A DNA stretch of 56,445 nucleotides from a bacterium (GCA_035414245.1 DAONYH010000005.1:1-56445); one strand, 5' to 3'; counted from the stretch's first letter, positions 1 to 9,528 are shown. A program made the numbers and translations. Notes: generated by a model from the sequence alone, not told the origin.

Positions 1-23
1 TTAATAGAGCTTCTTTTCTTTAT

Positions 24-37
24 ATTGCTCAATTTGA
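24..37. repeat. 14-nt exact direct repeat ATTGCTCAATTTGA, copy A (copy B at 1807-1820)
   Basis: The identical 14-mer is read directly at 24-37 and 1807-1820. The pair brackets the whole 16S unit, including its terminator. Confidence 0.8.
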
Positions 38-153
38 GCTTAATTAGCTTATTTCTCAAAACAAACCTAAACTTACTTAAGCAAATTTATTGGTTTTTGT
101 CAAGATGTGTATTTTTTAAACAGGTGTATTGCAATAATATAAACAATAATAAA

Positions 154-170
154 ACCGCCTTAAAGGCGGT
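154..170 (-). terminator. Terminator-like hairpin ~150 nt downstream of the 16S 3' end
   Basis: ACCGCCT / AGGCGGT stem with a 3-nt loop. On the minus strand it is followed by TTTATTATTGTTT. It lies ~35 nt past the 3' arm of the processing stem. The U-run is interrupted, so strength is uncertain. Confidence 0.45.
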
Positions 171-204
171 CTTATTTTATATCAATCAAGTGATAATTAT
201 GAGT

Positions 205-221
205 CTAATTGGCACCAATTC
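205..221 (-). promoter_or_regulatory. 3' arm of a long-range 16S rRNA processing stem (RNase III-type)
   Basis: 205-214 is the exact reverse complement of 1904-1913 (10 bp) and 216-221 of 1897-1902 (6 bp), with one mismatch (215/1903). The arms sit ~100 nt outside each mature 16S end. Confidence 0.65.
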
Positions 222-317
222 TTATGCTAATTGTTTTGCAACAATTAGCCACTCCGACCCTAATGTCGGAGGCGACCATCTCTTCTTTCCACGTGGAAAA
301 GAAGAAATTACTCCCTA

Positions 318-1800
<1,483 letters not shown>

Positions 1801-1806
1801 AATTTG

Positions 1807-1820
1807 ATTGCTCAATTTGA
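1807..1820. repeat. 14-nt exact direct repeat ATTGCTCAATTTGA, copy B
   Basis: Identical to 24-37. It lies only ~7 nt outside the mature 16S 5' end. Confidence 0.8.
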
Positions 1821-1896
1821 AAGTTCTTAACTTTTTTGAAAGTTATGAACCTTCTATATAAGATTCCGTTTAAAAAACGGACAAAATTTAATTTAC

Positions 1897-1913
1897 GAAT
1901 TGATGCCAATTAG
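1897..1913 (-). promoter_or_regulatory. 5' arm of the 16S rRNA processing stem
   Basis: Reverse complementary to 205-221 (16 of 17 positions). Confidence 0.65.
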
Positions 1914-2044
1914 CACCAAAATTAACTTCACCATGATTGTTTATTTATTTAATTTTCAAAGTACTCAAATTAGACAGAAAAAAACAGAGATAAGCAATTA
2001 TCTTGTTTTTTCTAATTTATTCTATTTTAATATTAGATACAGAC

Positions 2045-2073
2045 ATTTTATATTAATAAAAAAGAGTTGTCAA
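2045..2073 (-). promoter_or_regulatory. Sigma70-type promoter for the 16S rRNA unit
   Basis: The minus strand reads TTGACA (2073-2068), a 17-nt spacer, then TAAAAT (2050-2045). This would give a ~240-nt leader. Confidence 0.6.
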
Positions 2074-2110
2074 GGGTTTTAGCTGACAATCATAAATAGC
2101 TCATTTTTAT

Positions 2111-2139
2111 TTGACTTTTAGCCATTTTTGCGGTATAAA
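2111..2139 (+). promoter_or_regulatory. Sigma70-type promoter for infC-rpmI-rplT
   Basis: TTGACT (2111-2116), 17-nt spacer, TATAAA (2134-2139), 36 nt upstream of the infC ATG. Confidence 0.6.
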
Positions 2140-2174
2140 AGATTATATAAATTATTAATTAATTTCGTAAAAAA

Positions 2175-2729
2175 ATGCGCATCAAATTTCACCGTGTTGA
2201 AAGAAAAGAAGAAGTCGTTTTTAGAGCTAATCATCAGATTAAAGCTGAGGAAGTTTTTTTAATTAATGAAAACGAAGAAGCGGTCGGGAAAATGAGTTTA
2301 AGCAAAGCTTTAGGTTTGGCTCAAGAAGCAGACTTAGATTTGGTGGAAGTAAATCCTAAAGCCAATCCGCCAGTGGTAAAAATTGTGAATTTAGGACAAC
2401 TTAAATACGAACGAGAAAAGATGGCTCATAAGCAAAAAATGAATCAAAAGAAAGTTGACACTAAAAATATTCGTTTATCTTTTCGTATTAGTAGCCATGA
2501 TTTAGAAATGCGTCTAAATCAAGCGAAAAAGTTTTTAAGTAAAGATAATAAGATAAAAGTTGAGCTGGTTTTACGAGGCAGAGAGCGCCAGCATCCCCAT
2601 AAAGCCGCGGAAATCATGAATAATTTTGTTAATAAACTTAAGGCTAATTCGGATTTAAATGTAGAAATTGAGCAACCCTTGACAAATCAAGGCGGAAGAT
2701 TTACTATTATATTACTAAATAAAAAGTAA
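2175..2729 (+). CDS. infC: Translation initiation factor IF-3
   Basis: IF-3 N- and C-domain signatures are present (...EEVFLINENEEAVGKMSLSKALGLAQEADLDLVEVNPKANPPVVKIVNLGQLKYE...). The conserved infC-rpmI-rplT order supports the call. The exact start is uncertain because IF-3 genes often use atypical start codons. Confidence 0.93.
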   Translation: MRIKFHRVERKEEVVFRANHQIKAEEVFLINENEEAVGKMSLSKALGLAQEADLDLVEVNPKANPPVVKIVNLGQLKYEREKMAHKQKMNQKKVDTKNIRLSFRISSHDLEMRLNQAKKFLSKDNKIKVELVLRGRERQHPHKAAEIMNNFVNKLKANSDLNVEIEQPLTNQGGRFTIILLNKK

Positions 2730-2743
2730 AAATCGCAAATATT

Positions 2744-2764
2744 CAGGTGATAACCTGTTTTTTT
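2744..2764 (+). terminator. Intrinsic terminator/attenuator between infC and rpmI
   Basis: CAGGT-GATA-ACCTG hairpin followed by TTTTTTT (2758-2764). Confidence 0.5.
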
Positions 2765-2775
2765 AATCTGCTTTT

Positions 2776-2973
2776 ATGCCCAAGATAAAAACTCACAAAG
2801 CAACTGTTAAACGTTATAAAAAAACTGCGACCGACAAATTAAAGAAACGCAAAGCCGGTCAAGATCATTTTAATTCTCGCGAATCAGGAAATACTACTCG
2901 CAAGAAGCGTTTAGATATTAATGCTACCAAAACTTTAGAAAAAACCATTAAGGTTTTAACTCCTTATAATTAA
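2776..2973 (+). CDS. rpmI: 50S ribosomal protein L35
   Basis: MPKIKTHKATVKRYKKTATDKLKKRKAGQDH... matches the L35 signature, and the gene sits between infC and rplT. Confidence 0.95.
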   Translation: MPKIKTHKATVKRYKKTATDKLKKRKAGQDHFNSRESGNTTRKKRLDINATKTLEKTIKVLTPYN

Positions 2974-2991
2974 TTTAAATTATTTTTTTAT

Positions 2992-3339
2992 ATGCCTAGA
3001 GTTAAGCGCGGAACGGCCCATGTTAAAAAGAGACGAAAACTGTTAAAGGCAGTTAAAGGCTATAAATGGGGACGCAAAAATTTAATTAAAGTCGCTAAAA
3101 CAGCTCGCACTAAAGCTGGCGCTCATGCCTTTGTTGATCGACGTAAAAAGAAAAGAACTAATCGTGGTTTATGGCAAATTAAAATAAGTGCTTTTGTAAG
3201 AGAGCATGGAATTTCCTACTCTCGTTTCATTAATGCTTTAAAAGCAAACAAGATTGCTCTTGATAGAAAAATCATGGCTGATTTAGCAGAAAACAATCCG
3301 CAAGTAATGTTAGCGATTGTTAATAAAGTAAAGAAATAA
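2992..3339 (+). CDS. rplT: 50S ribosomal protein L20
   Basis: MPRVKRGTAHVKKRRKLLKAVKGYKWGRKN... is the L20 N-terminal signature. Confidence 0.96.
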   Translation: MPRVKRGTAHVKKRRKLLKAVKGYKWGRKNLIKVAKTARTKAGAHAFVDRRKKKRTNRGLWQIKISAFVREHGISYSRFINALKANKIALDRKIMADLAENNPQVMLAIVNKVKK

Positions 3340-3342
3340 TAT

Positions 3343-3564
3343 ATGTTATTTTGGATTAAAATTGGACAAGTTGTTATTGCCATTTTATTAATGGTTGCAA
3401 TTTTATTACAAAATCGTGGTACTGGTGTTGGTGGCGTATTTGGTGGTACTGGTGGCGTATATTTAACAAAACGAGGAATAGAAAAAAAATTACATATCGC
3501 TACCATTGTTTTAGCGGTTTTATTTGTGGTCTTCTCTTTGCTAGTTTTCCGCTTTAACTCTTAA
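3343..3564 (+). CDS. secG: Preprotein translocase subunit SecG
   Basis: 73 aa with two hydrophobic helices flanking a Gly-rich loop (LLQNRGTGVGGVFGGTGG), as is typical of SecG. Confidence 0.75.
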   Translation: MLFWIKIGQVVIAILLMVAILLQNRGTGVGGVFGGTGGVYLTKRGIEKKLHIATIVLAVLFVVFSLLVFRFNS

Positions 3565-3571
3565 AGTTACT

Positions 3572-5353
3572 GTGATCTCATTAAAAGATAAAATTTCTAA
3601 ATTTTTAGTTAGAACTAAACAAACTTTAGGTTTGTTTTTATTTTCTAAATCAGCCGGACGATTTAATCAAATTGATATTGATAAAAAATTAGTTTATTCT
3701 CTATCGCCACGCAAAATTCCTAGTCAAAAACAATTAAAGTATTTACCAAAATTTTTAAGTTCAAAAGAAAATTTAATTATTAAAATTTGTTTAATTGTTC
3801 TTTTGGCTAATTTAATTTATTTAGGAATTGTTTTTTTCAATAAAAAAGTAGAGACCATCCCAGTTGCTGGTGGAACATATATTGAGGCAATGGTGGGTTA
3901 TCCTAAAACAATCAATCCTCTCTATGCTATTAGTCGAGATGTTGATAATGATTTAAGTCGTTTAATTTATTCCAGTTTATTTCGCTACGATTCTCATGGA
4001 CATCTCGTTACTGACTTAACCAATGTTTATCAAATTTTAGATGGCGGAAAAGAATATTTAATTGAGATTAAAGATGATGTCTATTGGCATAATGGTAAAA
4101 AGTTAACTAGTGATGACATTGTTTTTACTTTTAATATAATTAAAGACGAAAAATATCGTTCGCCTTTAAGAGAAAATTTTCTCGGAGTAACAGTGGAAAA
4201 AATTGATGAGCGAACTGTAAAGTTTACTTTAGTTGAACTATACGCGCCGTTTTTAGAAATGTTAACTTTTGGTATTTTGCCAAAAAATATTTGGGAAACA
4301 ATTAGCGCGGACGCCGCCGTTTTAAACGATTTAAACTTAAAACCAATTGGTTCTGGTCCATATAAATTTAAATCGCTCATCAAGAATAAAAAAGGTGATT
4401 TAAAAGAATATCATTTAGAAGTTAATAATGATTATTATAGTGAAAAACCATATATCAAGTCTTTGGTATTTAAATTTTTTGATGGTCAGGTAGAAGCGAT
4501 TAATAGTTTTAATAATGGCCAACTTGATGGTTTAAGCTATGTTTCTGTTAACAATCGTGCTGATTTAATAAAAAAAGAAACAACTCATATTTTTGAATTA
4601 TTAAAACCGCAACTCACCGGAATATTTTTTAATAAAAATAATAATAGTAGTCTAGGTGAAAAAGAAATCAGAGCGGCTTTAGCTACAGCGATTAATAAAG
4701 AAGAAATTGTAACTGAAATTTTTAAAGGCGCGGGACAAGTTGCTCATGGTCCAATTTTAAAAAACAGCTTTGCCTATAAAGATGACGCGATTAGTCATTA
4801 TTATAACAGAGATGAAGCCGCCGCTACGCTGGCAGATAAAGAATTAAAGATAAAATTAACCGTGATTGATAATAATCAAAATGTTAATGTGGCTAATAAA
4901 ATTAAAGATTATTGGCAAGCTGCCGGCGTGACAGTGGAAGTTGAAGTAATATCTTTAGAACAAGCCGCAGAAGTAATAAAAAATCGTCAATTTGAAGCTT
5001 TGTTGTATGGGCAACAAGTAGGTGGTGATCCTGATGTTTATGCTTTTTGGCATTCTACTCAAACTGGCGCTCGCGGTTTAAATTTTGCCGGCTATAGTAA
5101 TGAAGAAGTTGATATTCTTTTGCAAGAGGCACGGAGCTCCAATGTTTTAGAAGAAAGAATCACTAATTATCACAAATTTCAAGAAATTTGGGGACAAGAT
5201 TTGCCAGTGATTTTCCTTTATTCCCCGGCTCACACCTATGTTCAAGCTGGACGTATTCATGGCTTTAACGGTAGCGCCATTGTTGAACAAGCTGATCGCT
5301 TTAGCAATATTTTCGATTGGTATATAAAAACGAAAAAAAGATTAAACTGGTAA
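3572..5353 (+). CDS. Extracellular solute-binding protein, family 5 (peptide/nickel type), membrane anchored
   Basis: GTG start and an N-terminal TM helix. SBP_bac_5-like core (...LFRYDSHGHLVTDLTNVYQILDGGKEYLIEIKDDVYWHNGKKLTSDDIVFTF...). No permease or ATPase gene is adjacent. Confidence 0.8.
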   Translation: MISLKDKISKFLVRTKQTLGLFLFSKSAGRFNQIDIDKKLVYSLSPRKIPSQKQLKYLPKFLSSKENLIIKICLIVLLANLIYLGIVFFNKKVETIPVAGGTYIEAMVGYPKTINPLYAISRDVDNDLSRLIYSSLFRYDSHGHLVTDLTNVYQILDGGKEYLIEIKDDVYWHNGKKLTSDDIVFTFNIIKDEKYRSPLRENFLGVTVEKIDERTVKFTLVELYAPFLEMLTFGILPKNIWETISADAAVLNDLNLKPIGSGPYKFKSLIKNKKGDLKEYHLEVNNDYYSEKPYIKSLVFKFFDGQVEAINSFNNGQLDGLSYVSVNNRADLIKKETTHIFELLKPQLTGIFFNKNNNSSLGEKEIRAALATAINKEEIVTEIFKGAGQVAHGPILKNSFAYKDDAISHYYNRDEAAATLADKELKIKLTVIDNNQNVNVANKIKDYWQAAGVTVEVEVISLEQAAEVIKNRQFEALLYGQQVGGDPDVYAFWHSTQTGARGLNFAGYSNEEVDILLQEARSSNVLEERITNYHKFQEIWGQDLPVIFLYSPAHTYVQAGRIHGFNGSAIVEQADRFSNIFDWYIKTKKRLNW

Positions 5354-5396
5354 TTTTTACTAGTTAAATTAACTCATAAAACTTAATAAAAAAAAC

Positions 5397-7274
5397 ATGT
5401 TTGTAAAGAATCAGACCTCTGAGGCGCTTTCGCCGCAGAAGAGCTTTACTGGTCGTTCTCGCCAGGCCGCTTTCAACCCCCGGGTGACCGGCAAAAAAAG
5501 AGAAACAAAAAAAGAAGTTTATAAAAAACCTATTTCCAAAAAAGAGTTTAGCTCCAAAAAAGAATTTGGCTCCAAAAAAGAATTTGGCCCAAGTACCAAT
5601 CCTTTGCGAGTGATGGTTCTTGGCGGTCTAGAAGAAGTTGGCCGTAATATGACTCTGATTGAGTATAAGAAGGAAATCATTATTATTGATATGGGTTTGC
5701 AATTTCCGGAAGAAGATATGCCGGGTATTGATTATATTATTCCCGACATCAGTTATTTAAAAGATAAAAAAGATTGGATTAAGGGAGTGATTATTACTCA
5801 TGGTCATTATGATCATATTGGTGGAATACCGCATATTATGGGTGAAATAGGCAATCCAGCGATTTTTACCGGCAAGATGACAGCCGGATTAATTCGCAAA
5901 CGACAATTAGATTTTAAAAATGCGCCGACTTTAAAAATTAAAGAAGTTGATGAAACCAGTAAGATTAAACTAGGCTCTTCATTTGAAATTGAATTTATTC
6001 GTGTTAATCATTCTATTCCTGATTGTTTTGCGATTTTAGTTAAGACTGATTTAGGTAATATTATTCATACCGGTGATTTTAAAATTGATTTTTCGCCGGT
6101 TAATGATAAGCCGGCTGATTTAAATCGCATTGCCCAAATTGGCGCTCAAGGAGTATTGTTGTTGATGATTGATTCAACTGATGCTACTCATCCCGGATAT
6201 CAAATTTCTGAATCAGCCATTGGTGAAGAAATGGGAAATTTATTTGAAGACATTAAGGGTAGAATTATCATCGGCACTTTTGCTTCACAGTTAAGTCGCG
6301 TGCAAAAAATCTTTGATTTAGCCGCTAAATATGGACGTCGCGTTAATTTACAAGGTAGAAGCATGGTGACTAATGTTGAAGTGGCTCATCAAATTGGTTA
6401 TTTAAAGTTTCATCCTTCCCTCTTGCTTGATGATAAAGATTTAAATAAATTACCGGACAATAAAATTTTAATTATTGGCACTGGCGCTCAAGGTGAACAA
6501 AATGCTTTTTTAAGAAGAGTAGTTAATGGTGAGCATCGTACCGTTAATATTAAGCCTGGTGATACGGTGATCTTTTCATCTTCAGTTATTCCCGGCAATG
6601 AAAGAAGTATTCAAAATTTAATGGATATGGTTGTTCGTCAAGGAGCTCGTGTTATCCATTATAAAATGTTAGACATTCATGCTGGTGGTCATGCCAAACA
6701 AGAAGACTTAAAGTTAGCCATGCGTTTATTTAGACCAGAATACGTTATGCCTATTGAAGCTAATCATTATATGTTAAAAGCCAATGCCGAATTAGCCGAG
6801 AAAGTTGGTATTCCAAAAGACAAAATTTTTGTCGCTGATAATGGTCAGGTTGTTTCTTTTCACCGAAATCAAAATAAAGTAGTAGTTGGCGCTTTAACTA
6901 AAGAAAAAGTTCCCAGTGATTATGTGATGGTTGATGGTTTAGGTGTTGGTGATGTTTCAGAAATTGTTTTGCGCGACAGACGAATGATGGCTGAAGATGG
7001 CATGATTGTAATCATTGCCACCATTGATACTAAGACCGGTGACATAATTGGTAATCCTGATTTAATTTCACGGGGTTTTATTTATATGAAAGAGAATCGT
7101 GACTTAATTGAGAAAACCAGAATGCGCGTGAAAAAAATTGTAAAAGATAAAAATCCTTTAACTCCGGCCGATGATGATTACATAAAAAATAAGATCAGAA
7201 ATGATATTGGTCAGTTTTTATTTAACTCCACCAAAAGACGCCCCATGGTTTTGCCGGTGGTGATAAAAGTTTAG
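5397..7274 (+). CDS. rnj: Ribonuclease J (beta-CASP metallo-beta-lactamase) with a basic N-terminal extension
   Basis: HGHYDHIGG motif, a beta-CASP region and a C-terminal domain; 625 aa. The N-terminal ~70 aa are Lys-rich and contain three SKKEF(S/G) repeats. Confidence 0.92.
   Translation: MFVKNQTSEALSPQKSFTGRSRQAAFNPRVTGKKRETKKEVYKKPISKKEFSSKKEFGSKKEFGPSTNPLRVMVLGGLEEVGRNMTLIEYKKEIIIIDMGLQFPEEDMPGIDYIIPDISYLKDKKDWIKGVIITHGHYDHIGGIPHIMGEIGNPAIFTGKMTAGLIRKRQLDFKNAPTLKIKEVDETSKIKLGSSFEIEFIRVNHSIPDCFAILVKTDLGNIIHTGDFKIDFSPVNDKPADLNRIAQIGAQGVLLLMIDSTDATHPGYQISESAIGEEMGNLFEDIKGRIIIGTFASQLSRVQKIFDLAAKYGRRVNLQGRSMVTNVEVAHQIGYLKFHPSLLLDDKDLNKLPDNKILIIGTGAQGEQNAFLRRVVNGEHRTVNIKPGDTVIFSSSVIPGNERSIQNLMDMVVRQGARVIHYKMLDIHAGGHAKQEDLKLAMRLFRPEYVMPIEANHYMLKANAELAEKVGIPKDKIFVADNGQVVSFHRNQNKVVVGALTKEKVPSDYVMVDGLGVGDVSEIVLRDRRMMAEDGMIVIIATIDTKTGDIIGNPDLISRGFIYMKENRDLIEKTRMRVKKIVKDKNPLTPADDDYIKNKIRNDIGQFLFNSTKRRPMVLPVVIKV
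5535..5588 (+). repeat. In-frame 18-bp x3 tandem repeat inside rnj
   Basis: TCCAAAAAAGAGTTTAGC / TCCAAAAAAGAATTTGGC / TCCAAAAAAGAATTTGGC, encoding SKKEFS-SKKEFG-SKKEFG. Confidence 0.95.
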
Positions 7275-7306
7275 GTTATTTAATATTTTCTCTTATATTA
7301 CATAAA

Positions 7307-7332
7307 AAGCCGAAAATTATTCGGCTTTTTTG
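7307..7332 (+). terminator. Rho-independent terminator of rnj
   Basis: AAGCCGAA-AATTA-TTCGGCTT stem-loop followed by TTTTTGTTT. Confidence 0.8.
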
Positions 7333-7370
7333 TTTGTTTATAAAGTGTTTACAAAAAGTGCATAAAACCC

Positions 7371-7399
7371 TTGACAATTACTTTAGGGTATGATATACT
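7371..7399 (+). promoter_or_regulatory. Near-consensus sigma70 promoter driving the orphan small transcript
   Basis: TTGACA (7371-7376), 17-nt spacer, TATACT (7394-7399). Confidence 0.65.
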
Positions 7400-7404
7400 A
7401 GGGA

Positions 7405-7552
7405 GTCAGCTTAAGAAAGTTAAAAAATAAAAAGTCAGTTTAAACGGGACAGGCACGACAAGCATGGGGATTTTCTTTCTGGGGTTTTCCGGCTTCTGCT
7501 CGAAAATTACCAGAGGAAGTTTTCTTGCCTCCCCGTTTAAGCTGATTTTTTA
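7405..7552 (+). ncRNA. Candidate structured small RNA (~150 nt), family unknown
   Basis: It has its own promoter and ends in a stem plus U-run. CAGTTTAAACGGG (7435-7447) pairs with CCCGTTTAAGCTG (7532-7544) through one plus-strand-specific G-U pair, followed by ATTTTTT. An alternative 5' partner, TCAGCTTAA (7406-7414), exists. No downstream plus-strand gene is present. Confidence 0.5.
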
Positions 7553-7554
7553 AA

Positions 7555-7590
7555 ACAAAAAAGGTTAACCTCAGAGTTAACCTTTTTTAT
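7555..7590. terminator. Bidirectional terminator hairpin
   Basis: AAGGTTAAC-CTCAGA-GTTAACCTT, flanked by an A-run upstream and TTTTTT downstream. It serves the minus-strand gene ending at 7664 and acts as a backstop for the plus-strand small transcript. Confidence 0.7.
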
Positions 7591-7663
7591 TGGAAAAAAT
7601 ATTTAGGGATTTAGCAACTAGCTTGTTTAATAACTGGTTTAAATTTATTAAACATCATTAAGA

Positions 7664-8419
7664 TTAATCAAAAGATCTATCCTTCCCTACAATCACATTG
7701 ATTCGATTGCTTACTACTTTTACTTCATTAGGAGTTTTAACTTCAACCACACCATCAAGAAGCAAATTATATCTTTCATTAATTAGAGAAAAGTTTTTTG
7801 CGCGCAAAAGAGTTTCACCACCTTTTTTAGTTTTAATTAAAATATCTAACAAGCCATCATGTGGATTTGATTTAATAGTATTTGAGCGATCACTTAATAA
7901 ATTAATAATTCTAATCTCTCCTCTTTCTTGAGCTTCAATAGAATAGTCAGCAAAATTAATTTTTGTTCCTAAACTTTCAATCCGCGCTTCATTTAAAAAA
8001 TAATAAGAACCGATTAAACCCAAATCAATTTTTTTAATTCGTCGTGCTAATAAAATATTGCAAGCTTGTTCTTCATTTTTAATACCAAAAGAAGAAGCAA
8101 TAGAATTATCTGGGCCAATTGGAACTATTCCTAGTAAAGTATTTTTTTGAAAGTCACCATAAATATCTGCTTCAATAATAGCACCAATAATTTTATTGAC
8201 AGTTTGATTATTGCCAACTGCGACAATGGTTTTTGCGCCTAGTTTAATTTCATTTTGGATAGTTCCTCTAATGTTTTTTATACCACTCAGGCGAATAATT
8301 TTTCCATTTAAACCAAGATCGGTCAACCTAATTTCCATTCGGTTGACCGTTTTATTATATCGCCCTCTATTTAAATAGTCGTCATAAATATAAACATGCA
8401 TAAGAACTTGATTAGACAA
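7664..8419 (-). CDS. Diacylglycerol/lipid kinase catalytic-domain protein (YegS/BmrU-like) with a degenerate GGDGT motif
   Basis: DAGK_cat-like layout: ...TIVAVGNNQTVNKIIGAI... then ...LGIVPIGPDNSIASSFGI.... The usual GGDGT reads GNNQT. The ORF-track start is TTG; the ATG at 8401 (MHVYIYDD) is a plausible true start. Confidence 0.6.
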   Translation of the reverse strand: MSNQVLMHVYIYDDYLNRGRYNKTVNRMEIRLTDLGLNGKIIRLSGIKNIRGTIQNEIKLGAKTIVAVGNNQTVNKIIGAIIEADIYGDFQKNTLLGIVPIGPDNSIASSFGIKNEEQACNILLARRIKKIDLGLIGSYYFLNEARIESLGTKINFADYSIEAQERGEIRIINLLSDRSNTIKSNPHDGLLDILIKTKKGGETLLRAKNFSLINERYNLLLDGVVEVKTPNEVKVVSNRINVIVGKDRSFD

Positions 8420-8425
8420 CTATTT

Positions 8426-8833
8426 TTATTCTTCATCACTTAGTTTAGCCTTTTCGCTTTCCTTTGCTTCCTTTTTACCAACTTCGCCATTAGAACTTAA
8501 TTGTCCATTTATTACTGCTCCCTTTTCAACCGACAAAGTACCGAATTGAATATCACCGTTAATTTTAGCTGTAGCTCCGAGAGATAAATAATTTTTAACT
8601 TTTAAATTTCCCCGGACATCACCATGAATAATCAAATCGTTAGCCTCAATATTAGCGACCACCTTAGCTTTTTCACCAATAAAAATATTAGCGTCAGTTT
8701 TTAAGGAACCTTCAAGTATTCCTTCAATAATAATATTTCCCTGTCCATTAAAGTTTCCCTTCACTTTAATTGAAGCGCCGATCACAGTTTCTGCGTCTTT
8801 AAATTTTTCCGGTTTGATGTTTCGATTAAACAT
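8426..8833 (-). CDS. Bactofilin-family cytoskeletal protein
   Basis: A repetitive beta-helical core typical of bactofilin/DUF583 (...IIIEGILEGSLKTDANIFIGEKAKVVANIEANDLIIHGDVRGNLKVKNYLSLGATAKINGDIQFGTLSVEKGAVINGQL...) with an acidic tail. Confidence 0.85.
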   Translation of the reverse strand: MFNRNIKPEKFKDAETVIGASIKVKGNFNGQGNIIIEGILEGSLKTDANIFIGEKAKVVANIEANDLIIHGDVRGNLKVKNYLSLGATAKINGDIQFGTLSVEKGAVINGQLSSNGEVGKKEAKESEKAKLSDEE

Positions 8834-8870
8834 ATAATTAAAAGCTAAATAAATAGTTGTTTATGCTTAT

Positions 8871-8899
8871 ATTTTAATTTAATAATCAGTGCTTGTCAA
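8871..8899 (-). promoter_or_regulatory. Sigma70-type promoter for the bactofilin/lipid-kinase-like operon
   Basis: The minus strand reads TTGACA (8899-8894), a 17-nt spacer, then TAAAAT (8876-8871). Confidence 0.55.
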
Positions 8900-8986
8900 A
8901 GTTAGTAATAAAAAATAAAAAAGTAATTGTTGATAATAAATTCGCAATAAAATTTATATTGTTAGTTTGAAAAAAAGTTTAATTTT

Positions 8987-9006
8987 CGTTAAGATACGTT
9001 AAGATA
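8987..9006. repeat. 10-bp x2 tandem duplication (CGTTAAGATA)
   Basis: Read directly; intergenic. Confidence 0.9.
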
Positions 9007-9041
9007 GAATAACATAGAGAAAGCCGATAGTAAAATAATTT

Positions 9042-9069
9042 TATCAAGGTAAGATTATCAAGGCAAGAT
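9042..9069. repeat. 14-bp x2 tandem duplication (TATCAAGG[T/C]AAGAT)
   Basis: Read directly; intergenic, upstream of tRNA-Arg. Confidence 0.9.
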
Positions 9070-9135
9070 AAAGAAAGACAAAGTAATAAAAGTTCATATA
9101 GTTTTTTTAAGGATTATTTTGAGGATTATTCAGTT

Positions 9136-9207
9136 GTTCCCATAGTTCAATGGATAGAACGAGAACCTCCTAAGTTCTAAATCCAGGTTCGACTCCTGGT
9201 GGGGACA
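9136..9207 (+). tRNA. tRNA-Arg (anticodon CCU)
   Basis: Cloverleaf by hand: acceptor GUUCCCA/UGGGGAC, anticodon stem AGAAC/GUUCU, loop CUCCUAA, T-arm CCAGG-UUCGACU-CCUGG. No CCA is encoded. Confidence 0.9.
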
Positions 9208-9303
9208 CAGTTATTATTTATAACATCTTGTTTTAAATAATGATTATTATATTATTTGTCAAGTATTTGACAAAAAGAACATTTAATGTTTTTTTTATTA
9301 CTC

Positions 9304-9331
9304 TTGACAATAATTATAGTGATAGTATAAT
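9304..9331 (+). promoter_or_regulatory. Sigma70-type promoter upstream of tRNA-Ala
   Basis: TTGACA (9304-9309), 16-nt spacer, TATAAT (9326-9331). Confidence 0.55.
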
Positions 9332-9454
9332 TTAGGTATTATTTAAATATATTTCATTATATTTAATGTAAATTTATAGGTAAATACAAAAAAAGTTCTT
9401 TAAGGAACAATTTAACATTTTTTGATTGTTAAATGTTTTCTGCAGAACAATTAT

Positions 9455-9528
9455 GGGCCATTAGCTCAGTTGGCTAGAGCGCTTCCATGGCATGGAAGAG
9501 GTCAAGGGTTCAAGTCCCTTATGGTCCA
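9455..9528 (+). tRNA. tRNA-Ala (anticodon GGC)
   Basis: Acceptor GGGCCAU/AUGGUCC carries the G3:U70 alanine identity pair. Anticodon loop AUGGCAU, T-arm AAGGG-UUCAAGU-CCCUU. No CCA is encoded. Confidence 0.9.

Noticed and set aside
7405-7552. Identification of the orphan small RNA as SRP (4.5S) RNA, tmRNA or RNase P RNA
   Set aside because: I could not find the conserved SRP helix-8 elements (a GNRA tetraloop flanked by the AGG/AGCA symmetric loop) on either strand. The transcript is far too short for tmRNA or RNase P and lacks a tRNA-like end. The class is left unknown.
9248-9272. Palindrome TTTGTCAAGTATTTGACAAA after tRNA-Arg as a promoter pair or terminator
   Set aside because: It contains TTGACA on both strands, but no acceptable -10 lies at the proper spacing on either strand and no U-run follows the hairpin. 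Its function is undetermined.
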